A DNA stretch of 64,000 nt from Pristiophorus japonicus. Taxonomy: Eukaryota. The position numbers and the translations under genes are program-made. A model generated the notes under the pieces. That model was not told the DNA's origin, ran no database searches, and saw nothing but the letters and a program-made list of their open reading frames with translations. The stretch lies in NCBI RefSeq assembly GCF_044704955.1, contig NC_091991.1, positions 140,616,001-140,680,000 of the forward strand, read 5' to 3'. Positions within the stretch are counted from its first letter, which is position 1, and every line of letters starts with the position of its first letter. Below, one piece after another: positions 1-11,300 of the stretch.

Positions 1-922
1 CGTCCCCCCCTCACCCCAAGGACCCTGCTCCCCGTCCCCCCCTCACCCCCAAGGACCCCGCTCCCCGTCCCCCCCCTCACCCCCAAGGACCCCGCTCCCC
101 CCCTCAGCCCCAAGGACCCCGCTCCCCCCCTCAGCCCCAAGGACCCCGCTCCCCCCTCACCTCACCCCCAAGGACCCCGCTCCCCCCCTCACCTCACCCC
201 CAAGGACCCCGCTCCCCCCCAAGGACCCCGCTCCCCCCCTCACCTCACCCCACCCCCAAGGACCCCGCTCCCCCCCTCACCTCACCCCACCCCCAAGGAC
301 CCCGCTCCCCCCCTCACCTCACCCCACCCCCAAGGACCCCGCTCCCCCCCTCACCTCACCCCACCCCCAAGGACCTCACCTCACCCCCAAGGACCCCGCT
401 CCCCCCGTCACCTCACCCCCAAGGACCCCGCTCCCCCCCTCACCTCACCTCCAAGGACCCCGCTCCCCCCCTCACCTCACCTCCAAGGACCCCGCTCCCC
501 CCCTCACCTCACCCCCAAGGACCCCGCTCCCCCCCTCACCTCACCCCCAAGGACCCCGCTCCCCCCTCACCTCACCCCCAAGGACCCCGCTCCCCATACC
601 CCCAAGGACCCCGCTCCCCATACCCCCCTCACCTCACCCCCAAGGACCCCGCTCCCCATCCCCCCCTCACCTCACCTCACTCCCAAGGACCCCGCTCCCC
701 ATCCCCCCCTCACCTCACCCCCAAGGACCCCGCTCCCCATCACCTCACCCCCAAGGACCCCGCTTCTCCCCCACCCCCAAGGACCCCGCTTCTCCCCCAC
801 CCCCAAGGACCCCGCTTCTCCCCCACCCCCAAGGACCCCGCTCCCCCTCACCCCCAAGGACCCCGCTCCCCGTCCTCCTTCACCCCCAAGGACCAGGCTC
901 CCTGTTCCCCTCACCCCCAAGG
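1..922. repeat. C-rich minisatellite (VNTR) in ROGDI intron 1; core CCCCAAGGACCCCGCTCCCCCC plus variable CTCAC units
   Basis: Roughly 25-30 tandem copies of the core AAGGACCCCGCT with ~20-45 bp periods, visible directly; the array runs off the window start. Confidence 0.95.
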
Positions 923-1076
923 ACTTCGCTCCCCAGTCGGTGTGTTTATTGCCACATTTCCCATTCTCCAGCCGCTAAGCCCTTCCGGCGGTGGGGCCTT
1001 CATTCTCTCCCTCCCCGGCTCCTGAGGTTGGGTTGTGGGGGACGGGGAGTGACAGCCCAGGCGGTGCCGAACTCAC

Positions 1077-1112
1077 CAGCACCGCTCTCTCCGCCTCGCT
1101 CGCCGCCGCCAT
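1077..1112 (-). CDS. ROGDI: ROGDI first coding exon (MAAASEAERAVL); the rest of the gene lies left of the window
   Basis: ATG in strong context (AGGATGG), 12 codons, then GTGAGT donor; resembles human ROGDI N-terminus (..AAERAVL|EEEF); ROGDI-GLYR1 order and orientation match vertebrate synteny. Confidence 0.85.
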
Positions 1113-1330
1113 CCTGGTTATTGAAGGACAAGCTGCACTTCCGGTGTCCGCGGCACAATCGCTCCGGCCCCTCCCCCGCTCCAGGATGGGGCGATTTCCC
1201 CACTGCATCAAATGCAGAGCCGCACACCTACTCTCAACACGGTGGCAGTGGATGGGAGGGGGGACACTCGGTGTCGGCGAGGCTCTGCTCCGCCACACAC
1301 ACGAGCGATTGAGTTACTTAAAAATATTAA
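1113..1330 (-). promoter_or_regulatory. ROGDI CpG-rich promoter/5'UTR with ETS (CCGGAAGT) motif at 1137-1144
   Basis: CpG-dense stretch upstream of the ATG; ACTTCCGG on the + strand. Confidence 0.6.
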
Positions 1331-1701
1331 TTTCCGCCCCCCAAAAACAAAATATCTTAAGACACTCCACAGAAGCCTAAAAATAATGACCGCAACTATG
1401 GAACGAGATATTTGGAGAGGTACCCAAACGCTCGGTCAAAGAGGCAGATTTTAAGGGAAACCGGAGGTTTAGGGAGGAAATTCTAGTTTGTGGGCCCTAA
1501 GCAGCAGCAGCCCCCACTACCAGCACAAAGGGAAGGGGGAAATGAACACGACCACAGTCAAAGGAATGGAGAATTTGGGTTTGGAAGGGGGATTTATTTG
1601 TGTATGTCGGGGTGCTAACCCTCCTGGATTGTCCTGGAGTCTCCAAGAATTGAAGATTAATATCCAGGACAATGCTGCAAGCAACCCAGGAGAAAAACAA
1701 G

Positions 1702-2470
1702 ATCATCATAGGCAGTCCCTTGGAATCAAGAAAGACTTGCTTCCACTCCTGAAGTGAGTTCTTTGGTGGCTGAGCAGTCCGATACGAGAACCACAGACTC
1801 TTGTCACAAGTAGGACCAATAGTCGTTGAGGGAAGGTGTAGGTGGGACTGGTTTGCCACACGCTCTTTCCGCTGACCCTGCTTGATTTCGGCATACTCTC
1901 GGCGATGAGACTCGAGGTACTCAGCGCCCCCTCAGATGCACTTCCTCCACTTAGCTAGGAGTGCCTGGCCCAAGACCGCCCTGTCAGTGGGAATGTCGCA
2001 CTTTATCAGGGAGGCTTTGAGGGTATCCTTGAAATGTTTCCTCTGCCCACCTTTGGCTCATTTGCCGTAAAGGAGTTCTGAGTAGAGCTTTGGGAGTCTC
2101 GTGTCTGGCATGCCAACTATGTGGCCTGCCCAGCGGAGCTAATCGAGTGTGGTCAGTGCTTCAGTGCAGGGGATTTGTAGGATCTTGTTGGGACATTGTT
2201 GGTAATATTTCTCCAGCGACTTGCAGTGTCTGCTGTACATGGCCCAGGTCTCTGAGCCATACAGGAGGGCAGGTATTACTACAGCCCTGTAGACCATGAG
2301 CTTGGTGGCAGTTGGGGGCCTGGTCTTCAAACACTCTTTTCGGCAGGCAGCCAAAGACTGGATTGGAGGGGTTGTTGGATCGCGTCGTCGATGCCTGTTC
2401 TTGTTGATAGGAGCCTCCCAAGATATGGAAAGTGGTCCATGGTATCCAGGGCTGCGCCGTGGATCTTGAT
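1702..2470 (-). mobile_element. RTE-clade LINE 3' fragment (degenerate)
   Basis: Minus-strand peptides TKLMVYRAVVIPALLYGSETW and DHFPYLG, typical of RTE ORF2 C-terminus; (ATG)-type tail near 1702. Confidence 0.75.
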
Positions 2471-2699
2471 GACTTGGGGGGGGGGTGGGGGGGGGATCAA
2501 ATTTCCAGTTCTACATCCAACCTGAGGGGACAACCCAGAAATAGGGCAGGTCAAGGTCACTGAAGAAATAAGACACAAGGCTGTGAAGTTTAAATTGGAA
2601 TTATTAGAGGACAAGAGGTGTTATAGCAGAACAATTGTATAGTCCCTTTAATGCAGAATTTTTTTTAGCTTAACAAGTGTAATTGTACAAAAATAGACA

Positions 2700-3045
2700 C
2701 CAAGGTATTAGGCAAGTTGACCAAAACTTTGGTCAAATAAATGCATTTTAAGGAGAATTTTAGAGAGGGAAATGGGGCCGAGAGCTGAAGGCACAGCCAA
2801 TTGCACAATAAAGGCATGGGGGATGTATGAGAGGCCAATGTCAATGGAATGTTTTGGGAGGGTTCCAGGGCTGGAGGAGGTTGCAGATTATAGGGTCAGG
2901 TCAAGACCATGCAGAGATTTAAATATGAGGATGAACATTTTAAATTGGAGCCAATGCAGGTCAGCAAGAACAAAAGTGATGGGTGGGTAAGAGAGCATAC
3001 TGGGAGCAAAGTTTTGGATGAGCATGAAATTGGGCAGGAGAGTAT
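2700..3045 (-). mobile_element. Degenerate L2-type LINE/SINE 3' fragment
   Basis: Reverse complement resembles the L2-like tail seen at 36385-36620. Confidence 0.5.
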
Positions 3046-3054
3046 TGTCATTAG

Positions 3055-3225
3055 ACTCACATCATCCCAACTTGGAAATACATCACCATTCCTTCATTGT
3101 TGCTGGGTCAAAATCCTGGAACTCCCTCCCTTGTAGCATTATGGGAGTACCTTCACCACATGGGTCACTACCACCTTCTCAAGGGCAATAAATGCTGACC
3201 ATGTCAGCGACATCCCAGGAACAAA
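3055..3225 (+). mobile_element. 3' tail fragment of the CR1-group family also found at 19475-21160
   Basis: GGGTCAAAATCCTGGAACTCCCTCCC...GGGAGTACCTTCACCACA matches 20995-21150. Confidence 0.7.
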
Positions 3226-5089
3226 TGAAGAGAGTCTGGCGGTGACAAAGGCATGAATGAGAATGGGACAATGGTGGTCCTCCTCTGGTTATTCTTCAGT
3301 TGAATTGTTGGGAGTAGAAATTGATCCAATACCTAAAACATATTTCAAATAATGCTAAGTTAAGCAGCTTTCCTAGCAGCAGAATATCTACATAAGTTGA
3401 GGGAACACAACTGAATCTGTCCACTTGCAGTTTGACCTGGTCATATGCTAAGTCCTTCACTCTACTCAACTCTGGTGTGCGAGGAGTTACAAGCTATTAA
3501 ATTAACTGTACCCTAGATAAAAGTTTTTTTTTTTTTTACAACACACCAGAAAAATTAAGTTAGTGTGCTCACCCATTAAAATGAAGAGCCTGCTACAGCC
3601 ATTAAACCATAAGGTTTTCAAAAATTTGGGCACATAAAAAAGGGAAATGAAGGCTATTTTGGTTGCACTAGTAAACAGAAAAAACAAAGAATGCAGCAGA
3701 ATAAAAAATAGAAATGTAACAGACCCGTGAGTAAATTGAAGAAAATTGTAAGTAGCAGTTCAGATCTACTTACTGACATCTGCATGTCTTCATGTCCATA
3801 TCAAACCTAGTGGTTATCTAGTGCCACTGCACATACCCCAAGTACTGTACTAAATAAAGCATCTTTGAAGCATAGTATGCCACATCACTTCCTGATGAGA
3901 AATTAATTGAAAGCAAGAAAAATGTAATGGTAAACATGTCCTAGCAAGGTAGCATAGGAACTAAAATATAGTTTAAGTGTTTACATTGCAGGTATTTTTG
4001 TGCATGTAAAATGAGTCACACTTGGGTTAGTAATGCCAGGAATATTTGTAAATAATGGAGTTTGGAACGAGTCAAGACTGTTTAGTCTCACCTTGGATTC
4101 CTAAATGTAATCTCGCATCTGTTGTATTATTTCTCCATTTTCCAGATTCTTAAGTCAGCTTCCAAAATAAACACCTTGTACTTCCAGCATTCAGCCCCTG
4201 CCAAATCTTGTGACTGGAAAAATGGTGTACAAAAGCTGTGATTCGGTTTCTATTCCTTTCTTTCTTGCCCTCCCCCGACCCCAAGCAAACACCTTGCCTT
4301 TACTCAAGACCTCCTCCAAAAAATCTCAAGACTTAGACCTAAATATATGAGCACAATAAATGCAAAACCATTTTCTAATTTATGATGCAATACTTAAATG
4401 CTGGGTCAGGTTTTGAATTTCTTGTTTTGTTTCAATCTCTTATCTCTTCCAGGTATATTCCAATATCTTTCTAGTAGATTTTCTTATCCCACAGTTCCAT
4501 TTTGTACTCGCTTGAATATTATCCATGCTGACCAGCAGATATCACATCATTTATCGAGTTTGTTGGTAGCTGATGTTTGAAGTTAGTGACTTTAGCTGTA
4601 CCGACCTGTACCCATGAGCAAAGCTCGAGATTAGTTCCCCAAATTTGTCGTCGTCAATAGTTCCTTCATTAAAATAAAGTTAATGATAGCAAAATACAGA
4701 ATTTTTTGAACACATTAGACATTAAGCAACACTTCTGTTCTTGCTCAGTTAGAGAAATCAATCTCATACATGCCTTTTACCTTGTATGGGATACATGGAA
4801 TGAACTCTGATCTAACAACAGATTCCATGCCAAAGTCCCATGTTCACAATGACCTTGGAGGCATTCAAGATCAAATCACTCAGGCCACATTGACTTTTAC
4901 AAAAAAAGGTAAAGTTAACAGTACTCATTTAAAAAATCAATTGGTACAGGGTGCACTTTGTATTAAACGGTTCAGTAAATAAATTTAGATTCTTTTGCTC
5001 ACAATTGGAATCACTATGCGAGAAACCAAGATTTAAAAAAAAAATCTCAACTTGCACACAAAGAAAATGCAGAGAGAATTACAAATCAG

Positions 5090-8000
5090 TTTCCTGAACA
5101 ATAACAGCATTTATTGACCGAGCGGGACTGAAACTTAATACATTAAAAAAAAAATATCCACTTTCAAATACTCATTTGACAAATTGTATACAATTTTGTA
5201 CATAACAAAATATAGTTATGGATCCATAAAAATAGTAGCCAATTTCTGCAATATCGATCTTAAAATGAAATACCATAAGCTATATAAAATGCAATGACAG
5301 GATAGTGTGTAGGTTTGATGCAACCTTAAATTCAGGCTACATAGAGCAAGAAAAAGGGCACGATAAATTCACAAAAATACCACAGTAGTTTGTGTATACA
5401 AATGTTCTTCACTGGATTCAGGTTATATCTATAGCCATTTACTCAAGACCTTTGCAGAAGACTAGCCAGTGATAAAATTACTAATTAACCGGTATTTTTC
5501 TTGAGGGTGAAATGCTGTAGATCTGTATGTGAGAATCTTTATCCCAGTCCTACATAACAGATGTCAAGTGAACATTAACGGGTGAACATGGATGGCATTA
5601 CTGTATTTGAGGTGTCATTTAGCTGTGGAGTGTATTTCCAGTTAGTATTTTTTTTTTTTTTAAACAATTCGTACACTTGTAGTTTACAGGTTATTTTTGT
5701 GAAACTATAGCACTAGATATGCATCGTTCTCTATCACAGATACAGGTCACTGTGCATTGCACGGCAATGGTTTAATAACTCAAAACAAACCTTTAATGCA
5801 AAGAAAGCACAATAATGGTTTCGTGCAAGATGAACAACGATATTCAGAAATCATTAACTACATCACAATTAAATAAATTCTCAATCCAAAAGTTAAGTTA
5901 TAACACTTAGAAATAAGATGTAAAAGGCAGTTAGTGATTGTAAGCCTACATTTTGATGCATCTTGAAATTAGGTTCTTTAGTTTCTGAAATACCAAATAC
6001 AGGAATAACTTCAAAGTTTCAATTAGAATTCACAAAAAAGTGATTCTATTCACAACAATCTTTAATGCAGTGATGTACAGTAGTCTCATGGCTCTCGTTA
6101 GCCTGGTACAGCCTTCCAAATAGAGAACTGTGCTATCATCCAGTTTCTTTTTTTTAATATAAAATGGAGGTGCCATACTGATCTCACAAGAACAAGCAAG
6201 CTGAAGACGTTTCTGCAGTTTATATATTTGGTTGGACTGATTAGCAGCATCCACTGAAACTCAAACCCACAATTATTGAGGTAAACATACTTCTTCAGGT
6301 GCACCACCATCTGCCCAACTTTCGTGCACAACACATTTATCTTGAGAGTTTCCAAGTTTGATAAAGTGTTAGAAGTCTGAACCTTGGGATGGAGACCAGT
6401 CCATTTGTACATTTTATTTAAAAATTCTACTTGTGAATAGAGCCACAACAAAGCTATCAAAAAGATTCCATTCTCATTGTATGTGAGGGCAGACTCTTAC
6501 TTCAGAGCATGCAAGATACGGAGTTCACAAAAGGCAAAAATTCTTCCTTGTTTGATGGCAACTGGTATTTTCTGTAAATGGTTTCCTGGGCAGGAATAGC
6601 AAACCATAGTAATAACAACAGCCTCAATGAGCTGCTGACAATCAGGGGTGTGCATGCATTTTAGATGATGGACTTTATTTCTAATTTTAGTGTCCCTTGT
6701 TCCAATTGGAAATCCAAGGTTCAATCCCAATCAAATTTGGACACTCTACATACATATTAAAAGCTGCTTAATGGAATTTGACTCATCTCTAGGTCCAATA
6801 GATTAGACATTGTCATGTTAAACACTTGACCATCATGCTTTGGTGTAGCCAAAGTGATCACATGCCGTACAAAGTAAAGTGACCAAAATTACATTCCACA
6901 CCTACTCCATGCAACAATATAGTGTTGTTAACGTAAAAGCAATTAAAAGTAACTGGTGTCACATCCAATTTACATTCCCAAGTAGCATCTACATCCGCAT
7001 ATAATCAGCAGAAAGGCCCACAAGGATTAAGGACCTAAAACACAGGTTTGCATAATTATTTTTAAATAAGTTTGTGGGCAAGAGAAAAATATTACTTTCA
7101 AACCAAGGAAAGTAAATAAATACAAGATTTTTTTTTAAAAAACCTATAACTTTAGGTTGAGTAGGATCATGCACTGGATACAGAAATTGCATAATGGTGT
7201 AATGTATAGGATGGGGTTGTATTAAAAATGAGCAAGTTATGCACAGAAAAAGGAATTTACTCAGAAACCTTTCCAACATATACTGCTGTTTTAATACGGC
7301 AACATCTTATAGGATTCCTAAACATTTGGAATCAAGAAAAAAAAAAGTGAGGTCAATCTGATCACAAAAACCATTAAAAACCCAGTTGAGTATTATACGC
7401 AGGGGCAACAGTTTACAAGGCAGCAACATAAATTTTCCTTTTGGAAAAAGTATTCAAAGTCACAAAAATATTATGTGCAGGTTTTTAAACTCTCAAAACA
7501 AAAACAAAAACCATTTGCATGCAAGATAAGTGTTAGTAGCAACTGGACTAACAGTCTGGTTCAGAAGCTGTGCAGACTTTCTTCCAATGGCATTTTGTGT
7601 TTTTCCACCACCTGCCTGAGCAAATCCTTTCTTAGAGTACAAACCACATGAGAAACATTAAGCAGGACACCAGTACAGTAAATTTCATTTTCTACAGAAC
7701 AGCAATACCAGACATTTTGATGTACATATACATATGACACATCAACCCACACTGGCATCACCAAGATAACCAGAGTGCCCAATTCACTGCAGTATCACCA
7801 CAGTACAGGCCTGAAACCATGTGTATCCCACGATTCTCCCCAGTGCTCAAGATATGGCTTCATGGATCTTGTACGTTTGTCACTTATAACTTGGTGATAT
7901 AATAAGTGTTGATCTGGTGACTGGCAGTACCAGCACTGAGCTTGTATCAGCAGTTACCACATCAGGAGGTATTTAACCAAACCGGTAAAAACAATTGTAA

Positions 8001-8305
8001 AGTGTTACACTAGCATACACCTTTGTCAACAACCCATCTTTCAATAAGTAAACTTCTTATACTATCCTTAAAAAATAAGAAAAGCAGCAGATGGTCGGCA
8101 CATGTTCATTTCACAATCTCAGAGGTACCACATGTTAGTGCATTAATGAGATTTGGCTGGGTATGGACCATTAATCATCCTCAGACACCAGAGGACAAAA
8201 TGCACAATGGCCAGTGTGGCAGATTAGAGCAGTTACTGATAATGAAAACATAAAAACCAAAACAAATGGCCCCGAATTTAAAAAGAAAATTAAAATATTG
8301 TAGGG
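5090..8305 (-). other. Predicted GLYR1 3'UTR (~3.2 kb) ending at a distal poly(A) site
   Basis: AATAAA (minus) at 5110-5115, with upstream TGTA motifs and a downstream GT/T-rich tract; no recognisable TE in the interval. Confidence 0.6.
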
Positions 8306-8380
8306 TCACTGGTTGCAGGCCAGGTATACTGCAGACATATCGTTTTCAGACTGGTCCAAGGCCTTCGCTTTCTTAAACAC
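8306..8380 (-). CDS. GLYR1: GLYR1 exon 16 ([24 protein letters not shown])
   Basis: AG acceptor, 75 nt, TGA at 8308-8306. Confidence 0.93.
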   Translation of the reverse strand: MFKKAKALDQSENDMSAVYLACNQ

Positions 8381-11300
8381 CTACAGGGAAAATAACAGAT
8401 GGAAAAGATTGATATTAATGTTAAAACTAAACAGAACAGTAACCCACAAATTCCCACAAATAATTTTGCAAAACACTGGCAGACTAGCTGGGAAAGGTGC
8501 TAAGAGACCAAAGGGAAAATCAAAAGAGGAATCACCCTGCTTTCAAACATTCTACTAGCCAGTTACAAAACTGCACGGCTCCCAGGTATGAAAAAAATAG
8601 ATCCACCTCATTTTAAAATATGTGTTTTCAGTTTACACAAGATGGACAAACACAAGGAGAATCCAAAATTCACATTAGCTCCATTAATTTTTAATCATGT
8701 AGAGATGGTAATGTGTCTGCTGTTTATTGTTAAGTATAGTAAAGAACAGACAGATTAAATAAACTCAAGTTTATGAAGCACCTTGGCTCAGATCTGTAAT
8801 ACTGATGTTTATCAGAGCAAGGGCACTAATGTCGTAATGCCTTGACAGAATATCAGCACTCAGATGCCTGCAGATGGGCAGAAAGGTAAAAATAATTTTG
8901 AAAACACACCTTACCCTGGGACGGAAACTATATTAATAAATTCTAACATCTCCAATGGAATTAAATAATTTCAGAATCCCCTATTTTAACTCTGTGCATG
9001 TGGGGACCAAGGCGGACAGCAAACCACAGCAGCTTGAGGCTCAGGAGATTCTTAACTCCTGGGCCTCATCTGCAACTCCCGGTCAGTTTCCTGCCCGAAG
9101 GAACGGTCCCTTGCATTTAGGCAAGTTGTGGGGAGGGGATTTTAGGAGGGCCTTGCAACTTGTAAAGTCCAGAGCATGCGAATCCTGAACTTTCCCACTC
9201 TTCCTGGGCCTGCAAGAAAAGCCAAAAAAAAGTAAAAATACTTTTTAAACTGCCTGCCCGGTTTCCCAGAATGCTTAGAATTACAATCACTCAAAGACAG
9301 AGAATTAAAGCAAATCAAATAATTCAACTGAAGATGTGCCACTTGTTTAGAGCACAAGTACTTTGGAGAACTATAACAGCCTCTAAAGGTTAACTTACAC
9401 TTAAGCAAAAAGGTGCCCATTACAGAACTATGTCATCAAGCAGCTTCCCTTGAGTAAAAGGTACTTCCTTTTGCAGTATCTCCACTGCAAAACTTGGAAA
9501 AGGTAACAGGAATATAGTTCCAAAACAAATTATTTCCTAATTATTGATAAAACTCTTAAACAAAATTCAAAATGCCATATCACAATGTGATGTTTGCAGT
9601 GGACAATACTGCCATCTACATTGTCACTTACAATGTTATTATCTTTTCACCACTAATGCAGTTTTGGTTATGCTCAGGGTATCTCTCAGTCAACAAAAAA
9701 TTGAACGGTATTGTGGGTACAACACAGCGCAGCACTACCAGCTGTGCCAGAATGTGGTAGATTTGGACTCTTAATCCTTCAAATACTAAATTACCAATAA
9801 ATCAAAGGGAAAGAGTGAAGAAAGCCTTGGAGAACTTTTACTCAAACAGACAAACAGCACAATTAAGCTTTAACTATGTAGTCAGAATTGACATGTCTCC
9901 AAATCCTGCAACAGTATTCCTTTAATATGATTGATTAAAACACAAACATTGACTGCAGAAGACAAACAGAAATAAACTAGTGATCTAATAATCACAAAGA
10001 AATAAGGGTTAGTTTTGACATACAATATACTAGTTTATCACGCTACTTGGTAACTGGTCAATTATACTCTTTTGGATTAAAATGTGCAAGATACAGCAGT
10101 AAACAAATACCAACAAGGAGAGAGACTAAACAGCAGCACTGAGTAGGTGAGAGAAATTCTGAGCCGATAGGATAGTATACATACAGTTTCCACAACTTTC
10201 TAGATGCAATGATGAGGGGCAACAATAAGTAATAGTAAGTCCCACTGCCGACTGACATTATATGCAGTTTTCACTATTTCATTCACATAAAGGCTTTACA
10301 CCCAACCATATATACCCTTCCAGTCTACACACAATTCCCCAGTCCTCTGGGAATGTTTTTCTTTATTAAATTGCAACTCTGAACAATTCAACAGATCAGG
10401 ACCATCACTATCACTAAAGTAGCAGCATTCGGTAAAATAATGAGACTAAAAGCGGACAAGTCCCCTAGGGTCTTAAAAGAAGTGGCTGCAGAGATAGTGG
10501 ATGCATTGGTTGTTCCCTGGATTCTGGGGAGGTCCCAGCAGATTGGAAAACCGCAAATGTAATGCCCCTATTAGAAAAGGAGGCAGACAGAAAGCAGGAA
10601 TCTATAAACCAGTTAGCCTAACAGTTAGAAAAATGCTGGAGTCCGTTATTAAGGAAGCAGTGGCAAGACATTTGAAAAAACATGATTCAATCAAGCAGAG
10701 TCAACATGGTTTTATGAAAGGGAAATCATGTTTGACAAATTTGCTGGAGTTCTTCGAGGATGTAACAAGCAGGGTGGGATAAGGGGGAACCAGTGGATGT
10801 GGTATATTTGGATTTCCAGAAGGCATTCGATAAGGTGCCACATAAAAGGTTACTGCACACGATAAAAGTTCACAGGGTTGGGATAATATATGAGCATGGA
10901 TAGAGGATTGGCTAACTAACAGAAAACAGAGAGTCGGGATAAATGGGTCATTTTCCAGTTGGCAAACAGAAACTAGTTGGGTGCCGCAGGGATCGATGCT
11001 GGGGCCTCAACTATTTACAATCTATATTAATGACTTGGATGAAGGGACAGAGTATAATATAGCCAAGTTTACTGATGATACAAAGATGGGTGGGAGAGCA
11101 AATAGTGAGGAAGGCACAAGAAATCTGCAAGGGGATTATAGACAGGCTAAATGAGTGGGCAAAAATGTGGCAGATGGAGTGTAATGTGGGAAAATGTGAG
11201 GTTATCCAATTTGGCAAAAAAAATAGAAAAGCAAATTATAATTTAAATGGAGAAAAATTGCAAAGTGCTTCAGTACATGAAACACAAAAAGTTAGTATGT

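Noticed and set aside
1-922. CRISPR-like array / Gly-rich ORF 672-920
   Set aside because: The 'spacers' are variants of the same low-complexity unit, there are no cas genes, and the context is a eukaryotic intron; the ORF is a by-product of the repeat
975-1380. Overlapping 75-129 aa ORFs at the ROGDI 5' end
   Set aside because: GC-rich promoter artefacts; only the 36-nt exon with a splice donor is supported
8960-9240. Slightly GC-rich segment in intron 15 (also 36690-36800)
   Set aside because: Looks like decayed MITE fragments, but no termini or TSD could be defined, so not reported as features
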